Source: Candidatus Poribacteria bacterium | GTDB taxonomy: Bacteria > Poribacteria > WGA-4E > WGA-3G | Reading direction: 5' to 3' | DNA length: 64,000 nt | Assembly (NCBI GenBank): GCA_965242965.1 | Contig: OZ251518.1 | Span: forward strand, 4,608,001-4,672,000 | Shown here: piece after piece, positions 9,271 to 20,346 of the stretch | Position numbering within the stretch: position 1 is the first letter of the stretch | Layout: every line of letters starts with the position of its first letter | Position numbers and translations under genes: made by a program | The notes under the pieces: generated by a model | The model's database searches: none | What the model saw: only the letters and a program-made list of their open reading frames with translations | What the model was told of the DNA's origin: nothing

Positions 9271-10083
9271 ATGATTGATGTCTGTTTTTTTGCTGACGAG
9301 GTTTCCAAAACCGATTTTGAGGAAGCCATCAAACTCGGCGTTGCAGCCGGGGCGAATACCGTCGAAATTCGCGGCGGCGTGTGGGGCAAACACGTCACCG
9401 AAATTGACGACGACGATGTCAAACGTGCGCAAGATGTGCTGGATGCTTACGATGTGAGCGTCGCCAGCATCGGTTCGCCGTTCGGCAAATGCGCAATTGA
9501 CAACCAACAGGAATACGAACTGCATCTGCGGCACTTCGACCGGATGGTAGAGCTCGCGCACGCTTTTGATACGCGCGTCATCCGTGGGTTCACGTTTTGG
9601 AATCCGAATCGCGGTATTAAAGGCGCGGCGCGCCCGGATATCAACGACTATCTGGAACGCATCGCCGAGAAACTCTCCCTAGTCGTGCCGATTGCTGAGG
9701 GTGCGAACGTGACACTCGCCTTTGAAAACGAGAGTGCATGTCTCGCCGGCACGTGCGAAGAGACGCGCGCTGTCATCAATGAACTCGGCAATAGCCCCGC
9801 GCTTACCTCGTGTTGGGATGTCAATAACGGGTTGCACTGCGGCGAGAATCCGCTCCCCGAAGGCTATTCGCACATCAAAGGGTTGGTAACGCATGTGCAT
9901 GTCAAACCGAATGGGCAGAAAAGCCTTGAGCCGATCGGAGAGACAGGTTTGCGTTATGCGCAACTGCTAGAGACGCTTATCGCAGATGGATTTACCGGGG
10001 CGGCAAGTATTGAGCATTGGGGAACGCCGGAGCACATGTTAGAAGGCATCCGCCAACTGCGCGCTGTTGTTGACGCGATGTAG
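9271..10083 (+). CDS. Sugar phosphate isomerase/epimerase (xylose isomerase-like TIM barrel)
   Basis: FADEVS, SIGSPFGK, LAFENE, WDVNN, HVHVK, SIEH motifs; alternative start 9247. Confidence 0.85.
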   Translation: MIDVCFFADEVSKTDFEEAIKLGVAAGANTVEIRGGVWGKHVTEIDDDDVKRAQDVLDAYDVSVASIGSPFGKCAIDNQQEYELHLRHFDRMVELAHAFDTRVIRGFTFWNPNRGIKGAARPDINDYLERIAEKLSLVVPIAEGANVTLAFENESACLAGTCEETRAVINELGNSPALTSCWDVNNGLHCGENPLPEGYSHIKGLVTHVHVKPNGQKSLEPIGETGLRYAQLLETLIADGFTGAASIEHWGTPEHMLEGIRQLRAVVDAM

Positions 10084-10128
10084 CGCGTTTATAGGGCGGA
10101 TTTCCATCATATCCGCCTGTCTCTCTCA

Positions 10129-10228
10129 CGTTTGTGGAGGAACTACTATGCACCTAAATCCCTGTTGTTGCATCGAGACCGGGAGGTCTCTCCTACCGTT
10201 TGTGGAGGAACTACTATGCACCTAAATC
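10129..10228. repeat. 32-bp direct repeat (RBS plus start of the SGNH gene) flanking one REP hairpin
   Basis: CGTTTGTGGAGGAACTACTATGCACCTAAATC at 10129-10160 and 10197-10228, with reverse GTAGGAGAGACCTCCCGGTCTCG between. Confidence 0.9.
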
Positions 10229-11208
10229 ACAACCATCCCTCGCTTAATTGGCAGGGAGCCATTTCTCTACAAGAGACTGAGGCGTGGACGATGCCGTGGC
10301 GCACACCGCACGCCGAGCACGTCTTATTTCCCGAACCGTTGCTTGAACGCGCCGCGATGCCCGCGGGTGTCCGCATCAGTTTTTCAAGCGACACGACACG
10401 CGTCGCAGGGAGCATCATGCCGCATCGCGATGTCGGCAAACTTGAGCTCTGCTGCGATGGAGAACGCATTGATGCTATTGACTTAGCCGACAAGGATACG
10501 TTTGCCTTTGAAAACCTGTCGGCGGAAATGAAATTAATCGAACTGTGGCTGCCGCAATACGGCATCTTCCAGCTGCGCAATCTGGAGATAGACGATGGGG
10601 CGACGCTAGAACCGTTTGCCGATGAGCGGCCCCGGTGGATTACCTACGGCAGTTCAATTACGCAGTGCAGACTCGCCGCATCACCAACGCAGACGTGGCC
10701 CGGCATCGTCGCGCGCGGGCGCGGGTTCAACTTAACCTGCCTCGGTTATGGCGGGCAGTGTCACCTCGATTCTATGGTAGCGCGAATGATTCGCGATTTG
10801 CCTGCAGACTACATATCAATGTGTCTCGGCATTAACATCCAAGGCGCGGCGAGTTTGGGACCGCGTGCTTTTCGCCCAGCGATTATCGGCGCGGTGCAGA
10901 TTATCCGTGAGAAGCACCCCGATATCCCACTCGTGCTGATGTCGCCTATCTATTCACCACCGAGAGAGGAAAAACCGAACGCGGTGGGTTTCCATCTGCA
11001 GGGAATGCGCGAAGAAGTGCAAGCCGCAGCGAACGCACTGCAGTCCCACGGCGATAAGCAAATTCACTATGTCAACGGCCTTGACGTATTCGGTGCTGAC
11101 TTGGCGCATCTGCTCCCCGATGATTTGCATCCCGATGCCGATGGATACCGGGCAATGGGACAGAATTTCATCGCTGAGGTTGCGAATAAATTTTTCAAAC
11201 CCCAGTAA
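10216..11208 (+). CDS. SGNH/GDSL hydrolase
   Basis: YGSSITQ, LGYGGQC, LGIN, DDLHP motifs. Confidence 0.9.
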   Translation: MHLNHNHPSLNWQGAISLQETEAWTMPWRTPHAEHVLFPEPLLERAAMPAGVRISFSSDTTRVAGSIMPHRDVGKLELCCDGERIDAIDLADKDTFAFENLSAEMKLIELWLPQYGIFQLRNLEIDDGATLEPFADERPRWITYGSSITQCRLAASPTQTWPGIVARGRGFNLTCLGYGGQCHLDSMVARMIRDLPADYISMCLGINIQGAASLGPRAFRPAIIGAVQIIREKHPDIPLVLMSPIYSPPREEKPNAVGFHLQGMREEVQAAANALQSHGDKQIHYVNGLDVFGADLAHLLPDDLHPDADGYRAMGQNFIAEVANKFFKPQ

Positions 11209-11263
11209 GTGCTGTTTGAACCAGAAATGTGAACAGCCCCCAATCGCGAAGGAGGATTGAACG

Positions 11264-12343
11264 ATGAGAACTTATCGCGCCGCTGTCATCGGCTGTAGCC
11301 GGATGGGAGCATTTATTGACAACGAAGTCCCGGATTACGAGGCAATCCGCTTGCCGTATTCGCACGCCGCAGGCTTCTTCGCCGAAGAACGGACAACCCT
11401 CATCGCATGCGCAGACCTGCGTCAGGACGTAATGGCGCACTTCGGCAACCGCTACAACGTGCCGACATCGAACCAGTATACCGATTATCGGGAGATGCTA
11501 GAGAAGGAAAAACCCGACATCGTCAGCGTTGCAACGCAGCCGGAACATCGCGCCGAGATTGTCATCTACGCCGCGAATCACGGCGCGAAAGCCATCTACG
11601 CCGAAAAGGCGATGGCCGCCTCCATGGACGAAGCCGCCGCAATGGTATCGGCAGTGGAGGCAAACAATGTCGCCTTCAACCTCGGCACGAATCGCCGATG
11701 GCACACCGGTTTTGATAAGATGAAGGCGGTGATCGACAGCGGCGATTTGGGACAACTTCGCACGCTGATAATCTATTCAAACGGCACGCTTTTCAACACG
11801 GCGAGTCATAACTTCGATCTGGTTTTGCGTCTGAATAGCGATGCGCCGGCGAAGTGGGTTTCGGGATACCTGCCGAACGGGGATAGCGTCATTGAAGGCG
11901 ATGTCCTCCGTGAAGATCCGACGGGACAAGGCACAATTCAGTTTGAAAACGGTGTGACAGCGCATGCGTTGCTCACGCCACGCAGCTCCGAGTGGGAGGC
12001 GATTTGCGCACGCGGCACCGTCACTTGTTGGAATAACGGCTGGCAGTGGCATATCCGCAAGCAACAGGAAATTCCCGGCTGGCGCGCCTGTCGAGTACCG
12101 GAGGCGTTTCCAGAATTTGAACGTTCCAGTAGCACGGCGAACCTGATTAAAGATTTGGTGCACGCCTTGGATACCGGCGAACCGACGCGCGGCGGCGTTC
12201 GATGCGCTTATGCCAGCACGGAGTTAATCTTCGGCGTGATTGAATCGCATTTACGCGGCGGTGCACGCGTGGAGTTACCGCTAACCGATTCCAAAGTCCG
12301 TTTGCAAAGAAACCCAACGGCGAGACAGCCGCGGGTTGAATAG
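11264..12343 (+). CDS. Gfo/Idh/MocA oxidoreductase
   Basis: AVIGCSRMG, PDIVSVAT, AEKAMA motifs. Confidence 0.9.
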   Translation: MRTYRAAVIGCSRMGAFIDNEVPDYEAIRLPYSHAAGFFAEERTTLIACADLRQDVMAHFGNRYNVPTSNQYTDYREMLEKEKPDIVSVATQPEHRAEIVIYAANHGAKAIYAEKAMAASMDEAAAMVSAVEANNVAFNLGTNRRWHTGFDKMKAVIDSGDLGQLRTLIIYSNGTLFNTASHNFDLVLRLNSDAPAKWVSGYLPNGDSVIEGDVLREDPTGQGTIQFENGVTAHALLTPRSSEWEAICARGTVTCWNNGWQWHIRKQQEIPGWRACRVPEAFPEFERSSSTANLIKDLVHALDTGEPTRGGVRCAYASTELIFGVIESHLRGGARVELPLTDSKVRLQRNPTARQPRVE

Positions 12344-12359
12344 GAACGAGACGTGACTC

Positions 12360-12620
12360 CCCCGTGGTAGGAGAGACCTCCCGGTCTCGATTTTCAACAC
12401 ATCGGGACAAGGATGTCCCTCCTACCGGGGAGGTTCACATCGGGACAAGCATGACCTGCCTCCGCGGTCCGTAGCGCGGGGGCCTGTCCCCCGCGTTCGC
12501 CTACTCCGCGGTCCGTAGCGCGGGGGCCTGTCCCCCGTGTTCGCCTACTCCGCGGTCCGTAGCGCGGGGGCCTGTCCCCCGCGTTCGCCTACGGTTCCGG
12601 ACAAGGACATCCCGCCTACG
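12360..12620. repeat. REP cluster with three tandem 44-bp units between convergent genes
   Basis: CTCCGCGGTCCGTAGCGCGGGGGCCTGTCCCCCGCGTTCGCCTA at 12460, 12504 and 12548. Confidence 0.9.
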
Positions 12621-13374
12621 GTGTTTGATTCATGAGACTAGAGAGCTCCTCCAAAAACCTCTCATAATCAACCCGGTTGTCCCCACCCATTTTTTGGACA
12701 AGCGGCACTGCCAGCGTGCGTGCGAGTTCGCGACGGCGCAGCGTCGGAAGCATCGCGCGGCGCGCCAGATACATCTGCACCGCCTCCAATTCCGCGTCTG
12801 TCAAGAGTTCCGGTTGCATCCATTCGGCGTAACTCAACACGGGTTGCGACGGTGGCGCGGAGGACTTACCGCGCGGGAGGGTTTCGGCGTTTGACGATTT
12901 CGCGCTGTCTCTCACGACGATGGTGCCGGCGGCAAGATCACCGAGTCGCCGCCAGTTTTTGTTCATCAGCATGGCGATGACAGCAATGCCATAGCAGAAT
13001 GGAAGGAAATCGATTATCCGCACCAGATTCCGAATCGCCGAATCGGCGAAACTAATTGGGTAGCCGTCCTCTTTGATAACCCGCAAGCCCAAGGCGCGCT
13101 TGCCCGGCGACTGCCCGTTCATCGTCACCTCAAAAAGCATATAGTAACCCCAGAACAGCGCGAAGACGACAAGTCCGCCGATAGCGGCAAGCCAATTCCC
13201 GAAGATGTCATCAAGTTCTGTTATCGCGGAGACGACGACAAAACTGCCTATCCCGCCGATTAGCGTCAGCAGGAGGGTATCCAGCATCGCCGCATAGAAA
13301 CGCGAACCGATGCCTGCAACGCTATAGTTGAGCTCAATCTGTTCTGGGGTTTTGATGGATAAATGGTTGTTCAT
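12616..13374 (-). CDS. RDD family protein
   Basis: TPEQIEL, AGIGSRFYAAMLD, GQSPGKRALGLRV, RRLGDLAAGTIVV. Confidence 0.9.
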   Translation of the reverse strand: MNNHLSIKTPEQIELNYSVAGIGSRFYAAMLDTLLLTLIGGIGSFVVVSAITELDDIFGNWLAAIGGLVVFALFWGYYMLFEVTMNGQSPGKRALGLRVIKEDGYPISFADSAIRNLVRIIDFLPFCYGIAVIAMLMNKNWRRLGDLAAGTIVVRDSAKSSNAETLPRGKSSAPPSQPVLSYAEWMQPELLTDAELEAVQMYLARRAMLPTLRRRELARTLAVPLVQKMGGDNRVDYERFLEELSSLMNQTP

Positions 13375-13399
13375 GAAAGTCCTTTGTCGTGGCTTAACT

Positions 13400-13900
13400 T
13401 CCAGCGTCTGTCAAATCCGTAGCGCGGGGCCCCTCGGATGCCACACGCGCATCCGAGCGGGTTTCCCCCGCGTGCAAAGAAGCCCCGGTAGGAGAGACCT
13501 CCCGGTCTCGACTGTCGTGGATTAATCTCTAGCGTCCGTCAAATCCGTAGCGCGTGGGCCCTCGGATGCCACACGCGCATCCGAGCGGGTTTCCCCCGCG
13601 ATCGTTGCATGGCGAGGGACAGGCCCTCGCCCTACGGTAAGAGCAGCCGTGCTGGATACCGTAGCGCGGGGGCCTGTCCCCCGTGATCGTTGCATGGCGA
13701 GGGACAGGCCCTCGCCCTACGGTGAAGTACCATTTTTTCCCGTAGCGCGGGGGCCTGTCCCCCGCGATCGTCGATGCATCGCGAGGCGCGGGGCCGCGTG
13801 CAACGAATAGCATCCCCCAAATCCGTAGCGCGGGGGCCTGTCCCCCGCGATCATCGATGCATCGCGAGGTGCAGGTTTTCGTGCAACAGATTAACCAAAA
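13400..13900. repeat. REP-module cluster between divergent genes
   Basis: Many GTAG hairpins; local duplications AGCGTCyGTCAAATCC and GATGCATCGCGAGG. Confidence 0.85.
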
Positions 13901-13905
13901 CTAAT

Positions 13906-14880
13906 ATGACTTCAGAAGAATTCGTTAACAAAAAACAGCCAACCTGGTCAGAATTAGAATCACTCTTGGCACGCGCCCGCGGTGCGGGACGCAGCAGATT
14001 GTCTCCATCACAACTAGACAGGTTGGGTTATCTCTATCGTCGCGTTACCTCGGATTTAGCGGTGGCGAGGCGCGATTTCCCGCGAACGCCTTGCGTCACT
14101 TATTTGAACCAACTCGCTTCGCGTGCGCATTCTGGGATTTACCAGACTTCGCCTTTCAAACGCGGCTCGCTCGGGCAGTTTCTCCGAACCGAGTTTCCCG
14201 TGCTATGCCGCGCGAATCTCATTTTCATTGCCGCCGCATTTTTGCTGTTTCTTCTCGGATTTGCGTCAGCCTATTGGCTTGCTTTGACAAACCCCGGTTT
14301 CGCGGAAGACATCGTTCCGGCGCACCTGCTCGATCATTTACATAAAACCGACAAGACGACGTGGAACAACACATCGGCAGAGGCGCGAAACCTACTGTCC
14401 TCTTTCGTCATCACGAATAACATTCGGGTTGCGTTTTTGGCATTCGCCGCGGGCATCGCTTTCATGCTCGGTTCAGTCTACATTTTAGCGTTTAACGGGG
14501 TGTTCATCGGCGCGATTGCGGGGCTCAGTCATGTGCATGGGCTTTCGCTGGCACTCTGGTCCTTCGTATCGCCGCACGGTTATATTGAATTGACAGCGAT
14601 TTTTATTGCGGGTGGTGCCGGGTTAAAAATGGGATACGCGCTCATCGCTCCCGGCTTGTTTACCCGAAAACGCGCGCTGACCGAGGCTGCGAAAACCGCT
14701 GTGCGTCTCCTCGGCGGATGTATCGCCTTGTTTCTCATCGCGGGCGTTATTGAGGGATTTATCTCTCCTTCCGGATTGGCACCATCGGTTAAAATAGGCT
14801 TCGGCGCGCTGACCGGGGTTGCTTTGTTCAGTTATCTGTTTAAAGTCCGAACGACAGAAGTGAACAAGCGAAAACCGTAG
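13906..14880 (+). CDS. Stage II sporulation protein M (DUF95) family membrane protein
   Basis: LYRRVTSDLA, ITNNIRVAF, PHGYIELTAIFIAGGAG, IAGVIEGFIS. Confidence 0.9.
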   Translation: MTSEEFVNKKQPTWSELESLLARARGAGRSRLSPSQLDRLGYLYRRVTSDLAVARRDFPRTPCVTYLNQLASRAHSGIYQTSPFKRGSLGQFLRTEFPVLCRANLIFIAAAFLLFLLGFASAYWLALTNPGFAEDIVPAHLLDHLHKTDKTTWNNTSAEARNLLSSFVITNNIRVAFLAFAAGIAFMLGSVYILAFNGVFIGAIAGLSHVHGLSLALWSFVSPHGYIELTAIFIAGGAGLKMGYALIAPGLFTRKRALTEAAKTAVRLLGGCIALFLIAGVIEGFISPSGLAPSVKIGFGALTGVALFSYLFKVRTTEVNKRKP

Positions 14881-14905
14881 AAATGCGCTCGGCCGATCTG
14901 GTTTG

Positions 14906-16246
14906 CTAAATCCGAGATTTCGCCTTGAGTTCCAGATATTTATTCACCACCGTCATTGTCAACTGATGCGCCGGCACATCAAGCGTGATGACACCCCGCC
15001 GGCGCAGGATTTCCAACGTCGCATGTTTCTCCTGAAGCAGTTTTTCCGCTATCGTTTTCTGATAGACGCTTTTGGAATCGGTTAGTTTTTGCGTCGCGAG
15101 CGCGATAATCGTTGTATCCATCAACGTCACACAAACGACGAGGTGATGTTTTGAGAGTTGCGCGACGTAAGTCGCAAGCCCCTCCGCCGCATCTCTATCC
15201 AAGATGTCCGTGAAGAGGATAACCAGTGCGCGTTTGCGCTGTTTTGACGCTAAGTAGGTAAACGCGCTCTCAAAATCGGGTTCGACCGGATGCACCTGTA
15301 ACGCGTAGATACTCTCCAGCATCGTCAAAAACTGCTTTTTGCCCGGCTTCGGCGCGAGGTATTGATGCACCGTGTCCGCAAAAGCGATTAACCCCACCTT
15401 GTCTCCTTTGAGCGTTGAGACATAGCCTGTCATGAGGGTTGTGTTGATTGCGTAATCCAACTTAATCATGGCGGTTTGTCCGGCGGCATCGCTGGCATCC
15501 AGCACAATCGGCGATGCCATGAGTCTGCCGGTGTCTAGCATGATAATAACATCTTGGCTTCGTTCCGTCTCAAATTCGCGAACGATGGGTTTTCGGTGTC
15601 GGGCTGTCGCCTTCCAGTCAATTCGGCGGAAATCGTCATCGGGTGCGTATTCGCGGAGCCGTTCGATCTCCGTGCCTTCCCCGAATTGCCGCGAATTTTT
15701 AAGTCCCAACTGCCCGAGGAGGCCGCGCCGGACTAGTAGTTCATATTGCCGCACCGCTTGCAAATTCGGATAGACTTTCACATCTGTTGCAGCGGCGATG
15801 CGCCGTTGGCGGATAACCAATCCTAAAATGCCCCAACCTCGCAGGTGGATGTCTTCAAATCGGTAAACGCCGCGGCGTAGCGGCGTGAGCTGGTAAACAA
15901 TCGTCTCCGCTGCTGAGGGTGCCAGCCGAATGTCATGGATTGCGCGATGAAACTGAAATTCCGATGGAAAATCGTCTTTCAAGCGGAGTTTGAGGTGATA
16001 GCGCGAACGGTTCACGAGTGTCAGCGTCACAACGTTTTGCACGCCTAACGAAAACTTGGAGTTCATCTCTCGTCGCGCGTCAATTTTCGTAAACAGCGGG
16101 TTCGTCACGTAATCTAGCACGCAGACGATGCCTAAAAGCACCGCATAGCCTCCGCCGACGAACAGCAGATTCGGCGAGATGCCTGACAGCATAATCGGCA
16201 CTGCTCCGAGGAAGAGGAGGCATAGGAGCCTGTTGGTAAATTGCAT
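14906..16246 (-). CDS. DUF58 (vWA-like) protein
   Basis: GEGTEIERLREY.PDDDFRRIDWKATAR, LDTGRLM, ILFTD. Confidence 0.9.
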   Translation of the reverse strand: MQFTNRLLCLLFLGAVPIMLSGISPNLLFVGGGYAVLLGIVCVLDYVTNPLFTKIDARREMNSKFSLGVQNVVTLTLVNRSRYHLKLRLKDDFPSEFQFHRAIHDIRLAPSAAETIVYQLTPLRRGVYRFEDIHLRGWGILGLVIRQRRIAAATDVKVYPNLQAVRQYELLVRRGLLGQLGLKNSRQFGEGTEIERLREYAPDDDFRRIDWKATARHRKPIVREFETERSQDVIIMLDTGRLMASPIVLDASDAAGQTAMIKLDYAINTTLMTGYVSTLKGDKVGLIAFADTVHQYLAPKPGKKQFLTMLESIYALQVHPVEPDFESAFTYLASKQRKRALVILFTDILDRDAAEGLATYVAQLSKHHLVVCVTLMDTTIIALATQKLTDSKSVYQKTIAEKLLQEKHATLEILRRRGVITLDVPAHQLTMTVVNKYLELKAKSRI

Positions 16247-16306
16247 TGTTTTATCCTAATGAGCAGTCGGAAACCATAGCAATCTGCCTTTATACGCTAC
16301 TCGTTA

Positions 16307-17257
16307 TCACCGCGGAATCTCAGCGGCGGCGAGCAATCGCTCAATCACGTCATCTGCGGATAACCCCTCAATCTCCGCTTCCGGTTTCAGCAAAATACGG
16401 TGCCGATAGACGTGCGGGGTTAGCAATTTGACATCGTCCGGGACAATGTAGTTGCGTCCTTCCAGGGCGGCGTAGGTTTTACTCGCCAACAACAGCGCGA
16501 TGGAGGCTCGCGGACTGCCTCCCAAAACCAGTTCAGGCGAATCGCGCGACGCTTCGGCGAGACTCACGATGTAGTCGAAGATGGCATCCTCCACTGTCAC
16601 CGCTTGAATTTCCTCTTGGCACTGCCGAAGCGCGTCTTTGTCAACGACGCTCTCAATTCCCGCGTTCTCTAACAGCGTTGCATTAAAGCCTTGGTGATAG
16701 TTCATGAGAATCTGCCGCTCCGTCTCGCGGCCGGGATACATCACGTTCAATTTGAAGAGAAACCTGTCCAACTGTGCCTCGGGCAGCGGGTAGGTGCCTT
16801 CGTATTCCACAGGGTTTTGCGTCGCCAATACCATGAATGGTGGAGACAGTTCGTGCCGCACGCCATCAATGCTTACCTGCCGTTCTTCCATGCATTCCAG
16901 AAGCGCGGATTGTGTTTTGGCAGGTGCACGGTTAATCTCATCAGCGAGTAAAACGTTCGTGAAGACAGGCCCGCGCTTGAGGTTAAACTGGTTCGTTGCA
17001 GCATCATAAACGCTGGTGCCAACGATATCCGAAGGCATCAGATCTGGGGTGAATTGCACCCGACTGAATTCACCGGAGACGAGCATCGCCAACGTTTTCG
17101 CTATTAAGGTTTTTGCCGTGCCTGGCACGCCTTCCAATAGCACATGTCCGCCGGTGAAGAAACTGACGACAACGAGTTTAAACAGTGCCTCTTGTCCGAC
17201 GATAGCTTTTTGTGCCTCTTGTCTCATTTTTTCAAAGACGAGCTGAGTTGTTTGCAT
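16307..17257 (-). CDS. moxR: MoxR-family AAA+ ATPase
   Basis: [66 protein letters not shown]. Confidence 0.95.
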   Translation of the reverse strand: MQTTQLVFEKMRQEAQKAIVGQEALFKLVVVSFFTGGHVLLEGVPGTAKTLIAKTLAMLVSGEFSRVQFTPDLMPSDIVGTSVYDAATNQFNLKRGPVFTNVLLADEINRAPAKTQSALLECMEERQVSIDGVRHELSPPFMVLATQNPVEYEGTYPLPEAQLDRFLFKLNVMYPGRETERQILMNYHQGFNATLLENAGIESVVDKDALRQCQEEIQAVTVEDAIFDYIVSLAEASRDSPELVLGGSPRASIALLLASKTYAALEGRNYIVPDDVKLLTPHVYRHRILLKPEAEIEGLSADDVIERLLAAAEIPR

Positions 17258-17333
17258 TGATTTTTGATTAATCCTATCGGGTGTGATATAGAAACCCTCC
17301 CGGACAAGCGGTTTGAAACCACGCTTATTGAAC

Positions 17334-18485
17334 CTATCGGTTCCTCCGCCGCAGATTAGATTTATCGTAATACGCCTCGACCTTTTTAGCAATTTCAAGG
17401 AGTTGTGCTTCCGATATATCGCCGCTCGGCTCCAAGTCTGTCAACAGCCGCTGCAGTTCATCGGTATTGATACCGGAACGCCGCGTGGCGATTTCCTCAA
17501 CGAATGCGTCGGTTTTTAACTTGATGTTGACGTTCCAACGCGCCCCGAGGTCAGCCCGGAATCCATCACGGAGTTGACCCAAAACCTCGCGCCTTGTGTT
17601 ACCCTTTTGGTAAAGTGCTGTCATAGCGAGGACGTACTCGGAACTGAGCCGCCGATGTGTTTCTCGTGCTTCCAACGGCTTGCCAAACCGTCGCCCGCGC
17701 AGCATCAAAAACACAAACAGAGCCATGCCGAGATAGAGGATGCCTAACCCTCCCGGCGTTTGAAACAGCAGTGCGAGCAGCGGATCCGACGAATGAACCG
17801 CGCCGGTGCCATAATATCGGTATTCCGCAAGCCCAATGCGCGCTTTGCGCGGGATGGTCGACATCAAGTTATAGAGAAACGTCGCGTTCTCCGGAAACGT
17901 CAATCCCGACGCGCCGAAAATATAGGGGCACGACATGAAAAAGACGCGGCCCTCACCTTGCCGAAAGGTAATCACCGCGGATTCTGTCCCGCGTCCATAG
18001 AGCGGCACCACGTCCGCATCACTTCCTATCTCGGCGATGAAAAAATCCGTTCGCGCGCGAATTCTCGCTACCGGCCGCGCAGGAAAGAGTGGTTCTCTCG
18101 GCATCCGTTTTGCATCGATGAGTTCGCTTTGTGCCACGCGCAACTCAAATCCATAAGCCGCGAAGAGGGAGTTAAGTGCGATGTCTTCCCCAGCGGCAAT
18201 CAAGGTGCCGCCGCCTGCAACGAAATCACGAATCTTCTGTATTTCCTCTTCGGGGAGAGCCCTTCTGATTCGCCGTAGGAACAGCACATCAAATCTGTCT
18301 AATTGTGCGGGAGTGACATCGGATATTTCTGTCACGCGAAATTTCAGCGCGCGCAAAATGTTGTTCAGCGTGCTGCCACGCCGGTCCAAACCATCGCACG
18401 CCGCCAGCACGAAACAGATGGATACGATTAAGGCAATTTTCAGGAAGCGAGACTGCAAAGACTGATGTTTATGCGGGTGTTTCAT
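17334..18485 (-). CDS. DUF4350-domain protein
   Basis: [28 protein letters not shown]; MoxR-cluster context; start uncertain. Confidence 0.75.
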   Translation of the reverse strand: MKHPHKHQSLQSRFLKIALIVSICFVLAACDGLDRRGSTLNNILRALKFRVTEISDVTPAQLDRFDVLFLRRIRRALPEEEIQKIRDFVAGGGTLIAAGEDIALNSLFAAYGFELRVAQSELIDAKRMPREPLFPARPVARIRARTDFFIAEIGSDADVVPLYGRGTESAVITFRQGEGRVFFMSCPYIFGASGLTFPENATFLYNLMSTIPRKARIGLAEYRYYGTGAVHSSDPLLALLFQTPGGLGILYLGMALFVFLMLRGRRFGKPLEARETHRRLSSEYVLAMTALYQKGNTRREVLGQLRDGFRADLGARWNVNIKLKTDAFVEEIATRRSGINTDELQRLLTDLEPSGDISEAQLLEIAKKVEAYYDKSNLRRRNR

Positions 18486-18589
18486 AACTCGTTGTTGCAA
18501 AAAAAACGATTCCGTTTCTCCGGTAGGAGAGCCCTCCTGGTCTCGATTCCGTTTAGACTCCCGGTCTTGATTCCGTCAAATGGCGTTTC

Positions 18590-19243
18590 TCATCCGTTCA
18601 TTCGGTAGACATCTTTCAACAATTCGCGGTAATTAGCGACGGTTTCCGCATCACACGGCTGGTAGCCATACCACACCTCATCAAAAACCTGAATGACAGG
18701 CAACAAGGCGCGTTGCAAGGCAACATCCGATTGCAATGCGCGGAGATACTCCCAATTCGTTAAACTTTTATCGTGCGCAAGGCGGCCGCGTTCTTGGAGG
18801 TACAAGATTGCCGACAGATAGAGAAACCGGAGCGCGTGCCGAAAGTCGTTTGCGGCTTCCGCTGTCTCGGCGTGTGCCAGTGCAACTTTTTCTGTCGCAA
18901 CTGTCTCTAGGGAGAGCTCAGGTGTCTCATCCTGCGCTTCAACGATGAGGTTGCTGCGAATCTTCCTGCCAAAAAAGACTACCGCGGCACCGAGCGCGAT
19001 GATGCCGAGCACCAGCAACACTTTGCTGAAATCAACGTCCCATCCTAAGTCGTCGTTGTGCCGGAGGAGTTTGGATAGGCGCGCTTGGTAGTTCTCAAAG
19101 GAAACGTCCATGCGTCCCCGGTCGGACGCGAGTTCCTCTCTGAAGCGTTGTTCCTCGTCCGCCACGACAAATAGCCCGGCGAGGAAACTTGCGCAGATGA
19201 GGATAGCCCAGAACGCGACTGCCTTGTTAGTCAATAGATTCAC
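18590..19243 (-). CDS. DUF4129-domain membrane protein
   Basis: ALRFLYL, TNWEYL, FDEVWYG. Confidence 0.85.
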   Translation of the reverse strand: MNLLTNKAVAFWAILICASFLAGLFVVADEEQRFREELASDRGRMDVSFENYQARLSKLLRHNDDLGWDVDFSKVLLVLGIIALGAAVVFFGRKIRSNLIVEAQDETPELSLETVATEKVALAHAETAEAANDFRHALRFLYLSAILYLQERGRLAHDKSLTNWEYLRALQSDVALQRALLPVIQVFDEVWYGYQPCDAETVANYRELLKDVYRMNG

Positions 19244-20276
19244 GAGAATTCACCATTATTTCAATATCAAACCCTTCTTTCCGAATGCGAAGATCGAAGT
19301 AGAGGAGCATCGAACCGATGGCCCTGACCGGCAGCATGAGCGTTGCGATACCCAAGTAAGTTAACCATTCGATCAAAAAAGAAAAGAAGGATTGCTGTGG
19401 AAGACCGGCAAAAAACGAAAACGAATCGGGGTTTTCCCTAAGCTGTCGCATCCTCATGATTCGTTCAATGATATTATCCCCTGTCGTAACGCCAATTAAC
19501 TGGAGGAGGACATCGGCCGTGGTCTGCAATATGATGGAGAGCGTCCACCAAAGGAGAAAAATCGCGGCGTAGATACCACACACGCGCCACCATGTCCCTC
19601 TGACGAGTTCACTACTTCGACGCAATGCAGTGGCGAGTGAGGCCCCTTCAAACAAAATGGGTAGAGCCCCAAATCCCCAGCGGATACTTAGGTATATTGC
19701 CAACGGCGTTCCGATGAAAATCATCCAAAGAAAATCCGTCTTCCCGAGCCCCCAGCCGAGGTTTAGATAGATCATGATTGGAATTCGGATTACCCACCAC
19801 CAGCCGAAGGTATCAAGAGGGTACCAGATCATAATATAGCCGAAAAAGGGCCAAAATCGGCGAAGGCACTGCCGAAAGACATCGGAAGGCGTGATAGTTC
19901 TACCTAAGTAGCAGGAGGCCCCCGCGAAGCCGAGTCCACCGACAATCAAAAGTAGCACCACATTGTCCACAAACCCCGTGAAGAGAGCGGATACGAACAC
20001 GAGGAAAACGGTTGCATAGGTGCCGAGCATTCCTTCCAACGGAATCTTCAATATTAAATCGGCAATATCTAGTGAAGGGACCAGGTTTGAGAAAACGAAT
20101 CTTGAAAGCAGGCCCAGGCAAAGTTTTGTCGCAAAGTAAACCAAGGCGAGCTGGAAAAAGAACCGGAAGTAGTTCCGATAGAGACTGAACGTTCCGTCTA
20201 GGATATCCGTAAGCCGCATTGGTTGCAAGCGCGGAATTGCCAGGTTTGCGGCCGATGAATCGTGGGGAGCAAGCAT
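19227..20276 (-). CDS. Multi-TM membrane protein of MoxR clusters (paralog A)
   Basis: LQPM..DILDGTFSLYR, ALRRSSELVRGTWWRV, LLYFDLRIRKEGFDIE. Confidence 0.8.
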   Translation of the reverse strand: MLAPHDSSAANLAIPRLQPMRLTDILDGTFSLYRNYFRFFFQLALVYFATKLCLGLLSRFVFSNLVPSLDIADLILKIPLEGMLGTYATVFLVFVSALFTGFVDNVVLLLIVGGLGFAGASCYLGRTITPSDVFRQCLRRFWPFFGYIMIWYPLDTFGWWWVIRIPIMIYLNLGWGLGKTDFLWMIFIGTPLAIYLSIRWGFGALPILFEGASLATALRRSSELVRGTWWRVCGIYAAIFLLWWTLSIILQTTADVLLQLIGVTTGDNIIERIMRMRQLRENPDSFSFFAGLPQQSFFSFLIEWLTYLGIATLMLPVRAIGSMLLYFDLRIRKEGFDIEIMVNSRESID

Positions 20277-20346
20277 GAGCCGGGCCCTTCCCGTTTTAGA
20301 AATGTCGCTGATATGGCACTAATGTTACCACATTTCCCGTTTTCTG

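Noticed and set aside
12460-12592. CRISPR-like 44-bp periodicity
   Set aside because: Pure tandem repeat with no unique spacers
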